A stretch of 64,000 nt of DNA from a virus (IMGVR_UViG_3300023276_000008:1-64000); one strand, 5' to 3'. Positions 1 to 7,922 are shown, counted from the stretch's first letter. Notes: generated by a model not told the origin, from the letters alone. Made by a program: numbers and translations.

Positions 1-3
1 ATA

Positions 4-390
4 TTAAAATTCTCTTTCGTCGTAATCTTCTTCGTATTGATCACCTATTGTATGGATGAAAGCTTTGTTAGTTGCATCCACGAAATGGTGTTCAATGTTG
101 GTTAGGAGATAATTGTTACTTCTTCTTGTCGTTGTCGCTGTGTTGATAGTCGGGAAAACCAATTCCTTCTTACCGATATAGAGATCATACTCTGATTGGG
201 GGATTCTGTCAAGTTCATCTTTGATAAACTGAATCTTTTCTGCATCGTAAGCTATAACTTGGTCAATACAGAAGACAGCAACGCCTAGTGGATCACGAAA
301 CCTTGATTTTGCGCCCTTACGGACATAAAAACTAGCTTGCTTCCATTCATCATAGGTCATTGCAGTATCTTCTATACTAAATTCTTCCAT
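4..390 (-). CDS. hypothetical phage protein
   Basis: 128 aa ORF in a tightly packed minus-strand run. Confidence 0.7.
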   Translation of the reverse strand: MEEFSIEDTAMTYDEWKQASFYVRKGAKSRFRDPLGVAVFCIDQVIAYDAEKIQFIKDELDRIPQSEYDLYIGKKELVFPTINTATTTRRSNNYLLTNIEHHFVDATNKAFIHTIGDQYEEDYDEREF

Positions 391-686
391 TAATCTTCTA
401 GTGCTTCAATCTCCATAGGAGTCAGCTTTTTTCCTGTGTTCTTTGGTATTGCTTCTACAGCTCTCTCCAACTTAAATTTACCATGTGTTAAACGATCATC
501 CAATGGATAATCAACAGCTTCATAAGAGGCTTGTAACATGCGTTCTTCCCAATCCTTTAATCCATTATAAGAAGCTCTACGCTTAATCATCGAATGAATA
601 GTATCAATATATGCAGTACATACAAAATGTTGTTTCTCTTGCGCTTCTGTAAGAAGTACGAATTGTTCTAATGTTTTTTGAGTCAT
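390..686 (-). CDS. hypothetical protein
   Basis: 98 aa ORF; stop overlaps next start. Confidence 0.7.
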   Translation of the reverse strand: MTQKTLEQFVLLTEAQEKQHFVCTAYIDTIHSMIKRRASYNGLKDWEERMLQASYEAVDYPLDDRLTHGKFKLERAVEAIPKNTGKKLTPMEIEALED

Positions 687-687
687 G

Positions 688-993
688 TTAAGTGTGTGTT
701 TTAACTAGTGCCTTCATTTGTTTGACTGTATTCATATGATCTTTGATCATGGTTTCAATTGAGTCTGTGGCAAGATTACAATAAGATGCATCACATGACT
801 TAGGTTGCCCTCCACATGGTCTACCTTTATCATCACCTACTCGACTATATCTAAATAGCGGGTTGGGTGTGTGTAGTTTGGTTGATCCAAATGTTGTATA
901 AGGTTCTCTTTCTTCAATTTCATTTAAGATGAAGAATCCCTTATGACATGTAGTGATTAAGTCACCAATCTTCATTCCGTTATATGATTGCAT
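688..993 (-). CDS. hypothetical protein
   Basis: 101 aa ORF downstream of tRNA-Leu. Confidence 0.7.
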   Translation of the reverse strand: MQSYNGMKIGDLITTCHKGFFILNEIEEREPYTTFGSTKLHTPNPLFRYSRVGDDKGRPCGGQPKSCDASYCNLATDSIETMIKDHMNTVKQMKALVKTHT

Positions 994-1017
994 TTTATTA
1001 ATATTTTATTTTTAAGT

Positions 1018-1094
1018 TGGTACATCTGATAGGAGTCGAACCTACAACATTTGGAGCCTAAATCCAACGCCTCTACCAATTGGGCTACAGATGC
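1018..1094 (-). tRNA. tRNA-Leu(TAG), short variable loop
   Basis: GCATCTG/CAGATGT acceptor, TTGGA-TTTAGGC-TCCAA anticodon arm, GGTTCGACTCC T arm, ACCA end. Confidence 0.9.
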
Positions 1095-1319
1095 ATTTGA
1101 TATTTACCTTTCGTTAAAATAACAACAACGTCTTATGATTGATATATAGCACAAGAACTAAAAAGTGTTTTCGGGTGAGTGAGCCTAATAATCTATTTAG
1201 AGAAGTTTCGCTACTCAGTACACCCTAGTTAACTATACATACTCACCAGAGTTGAAGGAATCGAACCCATGTATACTCATTCAACTATAAGGTAATTAAT
1301 CCTATAGAGAATTATTAAT

Positions 1320-1405
1320 TGGTACTGATGACAGGATTTGAACCTGCATACTCCGAAGAGTGGGATGGCTTAAACATCCAGTGTATTCCGTTCCACCACA
1401 TCAGC
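1320..1405 (-). tRNA. tRNA-Leu(TAA)
   Basis: GGATG-TTTAAGC-CATCC anticodon arm, long variable arm ACTC-TTCG-GAGT, GGTTCAAATCC, CCA. Confidence 0.93.
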
Positions 1406-1516
1406 TTTTTATTATTGTTTAAATTGGAGACGATTTAGGACTTTTACCTCATTTTGATTAATAATGCCATCATCGGTAGCAACTATGTTTTCTCCTTGTC
1501 GATCAACTAAGGATGT

Positions 1517-1591
1517 TGGTACATGTGGGGAATTCCGAGATCCCGTCCTGACAATTATCGGTCGTCTGCTCTGCCTCTGAGCTACACATGT
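1517..1591 (-). tRNA. tRNA-Ile(GAT)
   Basis: ACATGTG/CACATGT acceptor, GACGA-CCGATAA-TTGTC, atypical T loop CTCGGAA, CCA. Confidence 0.85.
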
Positions 1592-1602
1592 ATTTTATTT
1601 TA

Positions 1603-1776
1603 TTATTCACTACTAATTCGTAGATTATCTGATGTATGATCCATATGTACACATGGTTGATCTAAACATTCTTGATGATTGTTGAATGCATCATCGCCAC
1701 CATCAAGGAGCCAATCAATAAACTGTTCTTTAAGAATTGGATTATCAAATGTAAGTAATACGTTATTTTCTTCCAT
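1603..1776 (-). CDS. small hypothetical protein (57 aa)
   Basis: MEENNVLLTFDNPILKEQFIDWLLDGG... read by hand; below ORF-track cutoff. Confidence 0.6.
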   Translation of the reverse strand: MEENNVLLTFDNPILKEQFIDWLLDGGDDAFNNHQECLDQPCVHMDHTSDNLRISSE

Positions 1777-1793
1777 AATTTTTTAATTCATCA

Positions 1794-1872
1794 TGGACAC
1801 TATCCTTACCGCTTAGTCTTAACGGATAGTGTCCCATACATATATTCGTGATGGTATAGCGGTGAATATATG
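1794..1872 (-). ncRNA. two-hairpin element with complementary loops (candidate kissing-loop RNA)
   Basis: stems CATATATTC/GAATATATG and GGACACTATCC/GGATAGTGTCC; loops carry ACCGCT and AGCGGT. Confidence 0.45.
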
Positions 1873-1876
1873 GTAT

Positions 1877-1951
1877 TGGTACAAGATGCAGATACCGATT
1901 CTGCGACCTATTGAGTGTAAACCAATTGCTCTACCATTGAGCTAATCTTGC
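1877..1951 (-). tRNA. tRNA-Val(TAC)
   Basis: GCAAGAT/ATCTTGT acceptor, ATTGG-TTTACAC-TCAAT, T loop ATCGGTA, CCA. Confidence 0.88.
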
Positions 1952-1958
1952 ATTTGAT

Positions 1959-2319
1959 GTTAATAGTCAGTGAGTATTGTACTGACACCTCACTGACTAT
2001 TAACTATGTAGTTTGTGACGTTATCCACACGCCCCCTTCATGATACTACAATCACTTGCTATGTCTTTTGCGGATTTGTAACATAGCTTCATTGTCCGAA
2101 CTGGTTCGCGCTAAGAAGAAGCGTTCCGAACTATCTTTGTTTAGTTTCGATGAATGTATTGGTTGAACGTATGTCAAGTTGCGCTTGACAGGTTCTGAAT
2201 AATTAATCCTCTATATTCATCTAGATTGTTTTTGTTCTATGTAATCTAATCACAGGCATCTTTTTGTTGATTTGTAGAATGCGTTCTCTCGACATACTGT
2301 ATTTGTTTTGTATACCGAG
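1959..2319 (-). ncRNA. multi-hairpin structured RNA between tRNA-Glu and tRNA-Val
   Basis: about nine consecutive helices including a perfect 16 bp stem (1959-1974/1989-2004); no ORF in the track. Confidence 0.55.
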
Positions 2320-2321
2320 CT

Positions 2322-2397
2322 TGGTATTCCCAATGGAACTCGAATCCATTTCTAGCGAGTGAAAGTCGCTTGATTTAACCATATAATCTATAGGAAC
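2322..2397 (-). tRNA. tRNA-Glu(TTC)
   Basis: GTTCCTA/TGGGAAT acceptor, AGCGA-CTTTCAC-TCGCT, T loop TTCGAGT, CCA. Confidence 0.9.
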
Positions 2398-2404
2398 ATT
2401 TATT

Positions 2405-2515
2405 TTATTTTTTGTAATCTATACCTAATTTAATACAACGCTTTCTTACTGCGTTGTCACTGACATTATAGTATTTTCCCACCTTAGTCAAGGGGATTCG
2501 GTCAATTACTACCAT
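2405..2515 (-). pseudogene. 36 aa HTH fragment, possible remnant of a homing endonuclease
   Basis: PLTKVGKYYNVSDNAVRKRC resembles HTH modules of phage HNH endonucleases. Confidence 0.45.
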
Positions 2516-2607
2516 TTTTTCCATAGAGCTGACACTCCAAGACATAATAGTTTACCTACTATACATCCTGCGACGAAGCACAGTATTGTTATGGTTTGCT
2601 CACTCAT
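2509..2607 (-). CDS. 32 aa single-TM peptide
   Basis: MSEQTITILCFVAGCIVGKLLCLGVSALWKKW, coupled to neighbours. Confidence 0.45.
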   Translation of the reverse strand: MSEQTITILCFVAGCIVGKLLCLGVSALWKKW

Positions 2608-2610
2608 TTT

Positions 2611-2838
2611 TTATAGGTTACTCTCTATTAGTTGAATTGCATCATCTGCCATGCCATTAATATGACTCATTACATCATTAGCACTCCATCCTTCAAATGC
2701 TACCCACTCATGATCCGAAAGAAATTCATCTTGATCTTCTTCTGACATATCACGCCAATCATCAGGAATGTGTTCAGTGAGAGCGTTTCCGCTCATTTTC
2801 TGTAGGACTTTGAATTTTTGCTCTTTAGTTAGTTTCAT
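2611..2838 (-). CDS. hypothetical protein
   Basis: 75 aa ORF directly behind early promoter repeat copy 1. Confidence 0.75.
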   Translation of the reverse strand: MKLTKEQKFKVLQKMSGNALTEHIPDDWRDMSEEDQDEFLSDHEWVAFEGWSANDVMSHINGMADDAIQLIESNL

Positions 2839-3545
2839 TTGCTTTGCTTGTTTGCGTTGGCAGATCCTAGCACGATTTGGGGGTCTTGGTCAAGCTCTTT
2901 CGGGTCTTTTTCTTCCTTTTTATTTGGTATTTGGTGAGGTTGCTTGATTCCGTGGTATAATCCCATTTCATCGCCCAATTTAACCTCTTTCCAATCAACA
3001 AACGGAAGATCCATTATACCAATAATAGCACCTTCTGCCTTTGCCACACTTGGAAATCTCAATTCATTAATAATGTCTTTATCGAATGTTTCATTCCACT
3101 TGTCTTGAGATATTGCATCTAATACCCATCTCTTCACGAAGAATGCTCCAAATGAAACTAAACCAATTGGGTCACATTCCATTCTACTAGCTTCTGACCA
3201 CCAGTTCCAATGTTGTCCCATTTTATAAACCCATTTTCCTGCAAGGTCTAAACCATATGGTAGTGATGGTAATTCTCCTTTCATTAGTGTGTCCCATTCA
3301 AAGATTGCGATAGTGTCACTATCAATACTCTGTCCATGAACCTTCCACCAATTACGAAGTTTCCTATCTCCATTCCGCCATGCTTCATCCCTTGAAATAG
3401 AATCATCAACATCTGAGATGATCTCTACTCGTACATCGGGATTATAAAATTCCAACCACTCTAAATGAGGTACAACTAATTCATTAGTTATATTGTCTCT
3501 ATGAGTAAGTATAAGAACTGTCGTTGGTTTATGGTTTATTATCAT
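2835..3545 (-). CDS. putative glycosyltransferase-like protein
   Basis: N-terminal VLILTH strand and IAIFEWD DxD-like motif; weak. Confidence 0.4.
   Translation of the reverse strand: MIINHKPTTVLILTHRDNITNELVVPHLEWLEFYNPDVRVEIISDVDDSISRDEAWRNGDRKLRNWWKVHGQSIDSDTIAIFEWDTLMKGELPSLPYGLDLAGKWVYKMGQHWNWWSEASRMECDPIGLVSFGAFFVKRWVLDAISQDKWNETFDKDIINELRFPSVAKAEGAIIGIMDLPFVDWKEVKLGDEMGLYHGIKQPHQIPNKKEEKDPKELDQDPQIVLGSANANKQSK
2864..2915 (-). promoter_or_regulatory. early promoter repeat copy 1
   Basis: CCCGAAAGAGC-TTGACC-N18(ending TGC)-TAGGAT. Confidence 0.8.
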
Positions 3546-3567
3546 TTGTTGTTGGTTGATGCGGCAG

Positions 3568-3620
3568 ATCTTAGCACGATTTGTTGCTCTTGGTCAAGCT
3601 CTTTCGGGCTTTTTCTTCGA
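3568..3620 (-). promoter_or_regulatory. early promoter repeat copy 2
   Basis: CCCGAAAGAGC-TTGACC-N18-TAAGAT, extended -10 TG. Confidence 0.8.
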
Positions 3621-3627
3621 AATAAAT

Positions 3628-3703
3628 TGGTGTGAATGATGGAAGTCGAATCCATGACCGTCAAATTAAAAGTTTGCTGCTCTACCCACTAAGCTACATT
3701 CAC
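3628..3703 (-). tRNA. tRNA-Lys(TTT)
   Basis: GTGAATG/CATTCAC acceptor, loop CTTTTAA, T loop TTCGACT, CCA. Confidence 0.92.
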
Positions 3704-3704
3704 A

Positions 3705-4358
3705 TTATTTAAGATATTTTTCTATATCTGGCATACCTTTGTACCAGTTAAATTGTTTTGCTGTTCGTTTTCTATGACAGTTGGCGCATCTTGTTTCGCA
3801 TTTATTCAACTCTTCTATAATTCGTTTCCAACTATATGATTCTCCGACCATCTCTGATATATTTTTAAATTTTGTATCTACATCTCTATGATCTGAATCT
3901 AATATGACTGGATTTGCTTCTCCGCAATCTATACAAGGGTTATCTAAATAGTAGTTAAATATTGAACGCATGTTCTCCATCCTAACCCTTTTATTTCTCT
4001 CTTGTACCGCTATCTTATGTTCTATTGGGTTCTCTTTATAGTATTGTCTAGATCTGATATTACTACACACTCTGCACATTGTGTTATACCCATCTGGTTT
4101 TGTCTTATTCTTATTGAAGGATTCTAATGATTTTATTTCTCCACACATAGAGCATGATTTTTCGAAGATATCCTTTTTAGATTCTTTCGCCAACATACTT
4201 TTATAGTTGGCAAAACATTGACTTGTGCAATAGTGTGTGTCGCCACCAGTCATGATAGATCTCTTCATTCTCTCAAATGAAATCCCGCAATGGTCACAAT
4301 TGATATCTATATAATCTCTATATTTGGCATTAGTTAGTTCATCCCTATTTGGTATCAT
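3705..4358 (-). CDS. HNH homing endonuclease with Zn-finger repeats
   Basis: CxxC repeats; CIDCGE...DSDH...CANCHRKRT. Confidence 0.8.
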   Translation of the reverse strand: MIPNRDELTNAKYRDYIDINCDHCGISFERMKRSIMTGGDTHYCTSQCFANYKSMLAKESKKDIFEKSCSMCGEIKSLESFNKNKTKPDGYNTMCRVCSNIRSRQYYKENPIEHKIAVQERNKRVRMENMRSIFNYYLDNPCIDCGEANPVILDSDHRDVDTKFKNISEMVGESYSWKRIIEELNKCETRCANCHRKRTAKQFNWYKGMPDIEKYLK

Positions 4359-4422
4359 ACCTATATTTAGTGTATGACTACCCTACTTTTAAGATAACCC
4401 TCTATTTAAAAACCGATTAAAA

Positions 4423-4653
4423 TTATAGATTATCAAACTCTGGATATCCACCATTTAGGGCATATTCAGCACCTAGTGAGTCTTCCCATTCATTGGGGGG
4501 TGATACTGCTTGTCGAACAAGATAATATACACCATTTCTAATTCCATACAGTCTTACAAAGACAGGATAGGTTCCCATTTTGTTCGTACATGGAATGATA
4601 ACGAAGTCATCAAACCGCCTGAATAATTTATAATATTTTAGTTTTGTTAACAT
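4423..4653 (-). CDS. hypothetical protein
   Basis: 76 aa ORF. Confidence 0.6.
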   Translation of the reverse strand: MLTKLKYYKLFRRFDDFVIIPCTNKMGTYPVFVRLYGIRNGVYYLVRQAVSPPNEWEDSLGAEYALNGGYPEFDNL

Positions 4654-4730
4654 TGTTTGTTTGTGTTAGTTGTACAAGATACGTTGTTTATTTCCAATAA
4701 TAATTTTAATAATTGCTGTATGTATCTTTA

Positions 4731-4806
4731 TGGCGGTCTGGACGGGGTATGATCCCGCAACCTCATGATTGACAATCATGTGATCTACCAATTGATCTAC
4801 CAAACC
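4731..4806 (-). tRNA. tRNA-Asp(GTC)
   Basis: GGTTTGG/CCAGACC acceptor, CATGA-TTGTCAA-TCATG, G73, CCA. Confidence 0.92.
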
Positions 4807-4812
4807 TTTTGT

Positions 4813-5097
4813 TTATAATAGTTTCTTTAATACTTCTAATTCATGGGCAGATAGTTTATCTACCATCTTCTTGATGCGCCTGTCATCTTCTTGCCTATGT
4901 TTATACCAGAATGGAGAAATTGCAATTTGTCCATTAGCCTCTGCATTTTCAATGAGTATACTTTGATCAATATTAGGATCATTTGTAATCTCAGTGAGTA
5001 ATGCACAAAGCATTGCCTCTAATACTGTATTTTTTGATTGCTCTTGTTGATAGTTTGAATAATAATCATCTTGGCATCGTGAGTCTGAACATGGCAT
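4813..5097 (-). CDS. hypothetical protein
   Basis: 94 aa ORF. Confidence 0.7.
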   Translation of the reverse strand: MPCSDSRCQDDYYSNYQQEQSKNTVLEAMLCALLTEITNDPNIDQSILIENAEANGQIAISPFWYKHRQEDDRRIKKMVDKLSAHELEVLKKLL

Positions 5098-5098
5098 A

Positions 5099-5275
5099 TT
5101 ATTTATCTTCTAGTTTAAATGTTTGAAATGTACCTACTGACTTATAGTTAGTAAGTGATTGGTATGCCGAAGCATTTGGATTGTTGTTTCGTGATACGAT
5201 TAGTGCTGTATTGATATATGTAAATATCGCTACGAGAGCTAGTAGTGTTCCGAAGTATTTGTTACTGATTTTCAT
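5099..5275 (-). CDS. 58 aa membrane protein
   Basis: MKISNKYFGTLLALVAIFTYINTALIV... read by hand; fills the gap between ORFs. Confidence 0.55.
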   Translation of the reverse strand: MKISNKYFGTLLALVAIFTYINTALIVSRNNNPNASAYQSLTNYKSVGTFQTFKLEDK

Positions 5276-5471
5276 TTGTTGTGCTGTTACTATTAATGAT
5301 TTCTTGGAGGTAATTCGTCAATCCTTCGATGTCTTGGTCATCCATGTAAGACTCAATAATTATATCTAACAAGCTAGTTGGATCAAAGTATTCAGAGGTT
5401 TTACAGAATTTATTAAAAATCTCTCTGTCGTGAGCCGTTGCTTGGTCAAAATGGTGATTGAATGTTTTCAT
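5262..5471 (-). CDS. hypothetical protein
   Basis: 69 aa ORF behind promoter repeat copy 3. Confidence 0.7.
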   Translation of the reverse strand: MKTFNHHFDQATAHDREIFNKFCKTSEYFDPTSLLDIIIESYMDDQDIEGLTNYLQEIINSNSTTNENQ

Positions 5472-5499
5472 TTATTTGTTGGTTGTTGTTGCTGGGGCT

Positions 5500-5552
5500 A
5501 GTCTAGCACACCTTTCGGGGTTTGGTCAAGCTCTTTCGGGCTTTTTCTTCGA
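5500..5552 (-). promoter_or_regulatory. early promoter repeat copy 3
   Basis: CCCGAAAGAGC-TTGACC-N18-TAGACT. Confidence 0.8.
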
Positions 5553-5558
5553 TTTCTT

Positions 5559-6119
5559 TTAAGATATATGATATGTTGGAATTTGATAACCCCTTCCGAC
5601 AGGAAGATTCATTGGCTGTACACCACATATTTCAGCAGGTCTTAATTCTGGAAATTTCATATTCTCTTTATAGAATATTTTCGTTCCTATAGTTTCCAAT
5701 GTTTCATATGTGGAAGCATCAATTGAATGGTCTTCATCCCACACTGCGAACCAATAAGGTTTAGTTCTTGGGTTGAATTCTAAATATTTGCGACATTGAG
5801 GCATATGTATTGTGGGAAACCCCTCTTTGAGATTCTTAACATCACGTTTCTTAAATTTAAGAGGGGTTCTAAACTTTGGCTCTTTAACAGCTTCCACCTT
5901 TACACTCTCACATTCAACCCATGCACATACTTTCTTATGCCCTCCTACGAAGATCTTCAATGCTGTTGTTGGTTGATTCCTAAGAAAGCAATTAGTCATA
6001 GTCACTGTATACAGGCTAGGATCGTAATACCTAACTGCACCGCTAGGATAAACTACTTTCCATTTCATATAGTTCTTACCTCTCGATAAGTTGAATCTGA
6101 CTTTTGCTAATCTTTTCAT
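5559..6119 (-). CDS. hypothetical protein
   Basis: 186 aa ORF. Confidence 0.75.
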   Translation of the reverse strand: MKRLAKVRFNLSRGKNYMKWKVVYPSGAVRYYDPSLYTVTMTNCFLRNQPTTALKIFVGGHKKVCAWVECESVKVEAVKEPKFRTPLKFKKRDVKNLKEGFPTIHMPQCRKYLEFNPRTKPYWFAVWDEDHSIDASTYETLETIGTKIFYKENMKFPELRPAEICGVQPMNLPVGRGYQIPTYHIS

Positions 6120-6120
6120 T

Positions 6121-6543
6121 TTAAATGATTTCTATTGGTGTTAGTGTTGCATCACTCGCTTCTGCTTCATCTACAAACACTACTGTATATTCCCATTTGT
6201 GGGGTATGATACATAAGTTCGTGAAAATATGAATTTGTTTTGCTTCTTCGTCTGTTTCTGCTTCCATCCTAATTTCTAGAACATCCCACCCACCATCAGA
6301 TTCATATGGCTCATGAACAAATCTAAGTATTGTAGACATTGGAGCCTTGCCCTCACCTTTCCATTCCGTTACTCTTTCGGAAGTGGAGCCATTTTTGTCA
6401 ACCGCTAAATATTTGTGGTTGATTGTGTCAAAATGCAACACTAATTCGCCCCTTTTATTAATACCAGTTTTTAGGTTGTTGATGATTATTTCGGCACTAT
6501 ATTCTGAATCACCTACTACACTATATCCTTTGAAGAATTTCAT
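6121..6543 (-). CDS. hypothetical protein
   Basis: 140 aa ORF. Confidence 0.75.
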   Translation of the reverse strand: MKFFKGYSVVGDSEYSAEIIINNLKTGINKRGELVLHFDTINHKYLAVDKNGSTSERVTEWKGEGKAPMSTILRFVHEPYESDGGWDVLEIRMEAETDEEAKQIHIFTNLCIIPHKWEYTVVFVDEAEASDATLTPIEII

Positions 6544-6564
6544 TATTTTATTATTTTATTATCT

Positions 6565-6640
6565 TGGCTCTAGTGGGAGGGTACGATCCTCCAACCCTTC
6601 GAGTAACAGTCGAATGCTCTACCAATTGAGCTACACTAGA
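6565..6640 (-). tRNA. tRNA-Asn(GTT)
   Basis: TCTAGTG/CACTAGA acceptor, TTCGA-CTGTTAC-TCGAA, G73, CCA. Confidence 0.92.
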
Positions 6641-6692
6641 TTTATGTTGTGTCGGAGTATGCTTAACACCCTCTCCGACTAGGGTAAATTGT

Positions 6693-6872
6693 TTACCAGT
6701 TAGTAACTATCCACTTTACCAATACATATGCTGCTACGAATGGAGCAAAGAATATCCATAAGACTAGATCTCGACCTGTGAAGTCTACTTTATGTAAGCC
6801 TAATATCATTATTGATAGAAGCCATATCATCAGTATGAACTCTGTTATTGTATTTGGTGGTTGTTGATTCAT
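6693..6872 (-). CDS. small two-TM membrane protein
   Basis: start moved to MNQQPP downstream of promoter copy 4; two hydrophobic segments. Confidence 0.65.
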   Translation of the reverse strand: MNQQPPNTITEFILMIWLLSIMILGLHKVDFTGRDLVLWIFFAPFVAAYVLVKWIVTNW

Positions 6873-6895
6873 TGGTTGGTTGTTTGCGTTGAGCG

Positions 6896-6941
6896 ATCTT
6901 AGCACCAAATCGGGGTCTTGGTCAAGCTCTTTCGGGCTTTT
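6896..6941 (-). promoter_or_regulatory. early promoter repeat copy 4
   Basis: CCCGAAAGAGC-TTGACC-N18-TAAGAT. Confidence 0.8.
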
Positions 6942-7365
6942 ATTTGCCTTTTAAGCAATTTAGCTCATTTTCCAGTTTGGAAATGCTGTTTCTAAGCTCT
7001 TTACGCCTTTTTGAATTCTTTTCTTTCTGTATAGCTACATTCTCAAGATATGATCTATTATCAGATAGATATTTTTCATATGTTTCTAATTGAATTTTAT
7101 ACACTCGCATAAACCCAGCCATTTCATCTTCAGTATATCGATCTGCTTCACCACATGCATATATGGTAGGTTGATCTCCTACATCATAACAATCTTCATT
7201 GTCTAGACCGAATGAAATATCTTCCATGTCAATGTCATATTCAACAGACAGGGCATCGGCTAACTCTATAATATCTTTCATTGATATTGTTTGATGGTCA
7301 AAGTCTGTGTCATGCTTGTTATAACGTGTTACTTTTGAATTTCTTGGTTCAGTTGGTTTTCTCAT
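6940..7365 (-). CDS. hypothetical protein, C-terminal coiled coil
   Basis: 141 aa ORF. Confidence 0.7.
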   Translation of the reverse strand: MRKPTEPRNSKVTRYNKHDTDFDHQTISMKDIIELADALSVEYDIDMEDISFGLDNEDCYDVGDQPTIYACGEADRYTEDEMAGFMRVYKIQLETYEKYLSDNRSYLENVAIQKEKNSKRRKELRNSISKLENELNCLKGK

Positions 7366-7400
7366 TTGTTTAATTGTTTAATTGTTTAATTGTTTAATTG
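7366..7400. repeat. 8 bp tandem repeat (TTGTTTAA)x4
   Basis: read directly; lies between tRNA-Ala CCA and the next ATG. Confidence 0.9.
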
Positions 7401-7478
7401 GTGGAGTGTGAGGGTACTGACCCCTATATTTTAACTTGATTGCAAATCAAGTGCAACACCCATGTTGCCACACACCCC
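7399..7478 (-). tRNA. tRNA-Ala(TGC), non-canonical 8/4 fold
   Basis: GGGGTGTG/CACACTCC with G3.U70, CTTGA-TTTGCAA-TCAAG, AGGG-GTCAGTA-CCCT, ACCA. Confidence 0.8.
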
Positions 7479-7487
7479 TATATATTT

Positions 7488-7922
7488 TTAGCTGTCATAA
7501 CTGAAAAGTTTATCCATATACTTATTATTGTCTGGTAATTGAGGTATTGTTTGTTTTTCATTTTTGGAAAGATCGTTAATAATCTGTTCTTTGAGTTTGT
7601 TATACTTCATTGGATCAAAGTCAGGATCTTCCAAATATACAAGAAGCTTCTCATTGATCTTTTCGAGTTTTTGGTTTTCGGTGTGTTCTATGTTATTGCG
7701 TTTAAGCATTGCATTAATACGTTTATCATTCCATCCAGCAATAAACATTAATATGTTTACTAATGGAAAGTAGCACATAAACACTGCTTCACCTTGCCTA
7801 TATATATCGTAATGAGATAAAGGTTTCTCAAAATCTTTCCTAACATTTAAGTGAAAACATACTGATACAATCACATGTGTTAGTGCTATACAGCTTACAA
7901 CGTATATCTCTGTGTTGGTCAT
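7488..7922 (-). CDS. membrane protein
   Basis: 144 aa, two hydrophobic segments. Confidence 0.7.
   Translation of the reverse strand: MTNTEIYVVSCIALTHVIVSVCFHLNVRKDFEKPLSHYDIYRQGEAVFMCYFPLVNILMFIAGWNDKRINAMLKRNNIEHTENQKLEKINEKLLVYLEDPDFDPMKYNKLKEQIINDLSKNEKQTIPQLPDNNKYMDKLFSYDS

Noticed and set aside
1425-1495. tRNA-sized spacer ending in CCA with AGG-TAAAAGT-CCT arm
   Set aside because: No convincing acceptor, D or anticodon arm; at best a decayed tRNA
1959-2319. tmRNA, RNase P RNA or group I intron
   Set aside because: No tRNA-like ends or tag frame, no GAGGAAAGUCC core, not interrupting a gene
2864-6941. CRISPR array
   Set aside because: Repeats are 0.7-1.9 kb apart, separated by genes, and have promoter structure
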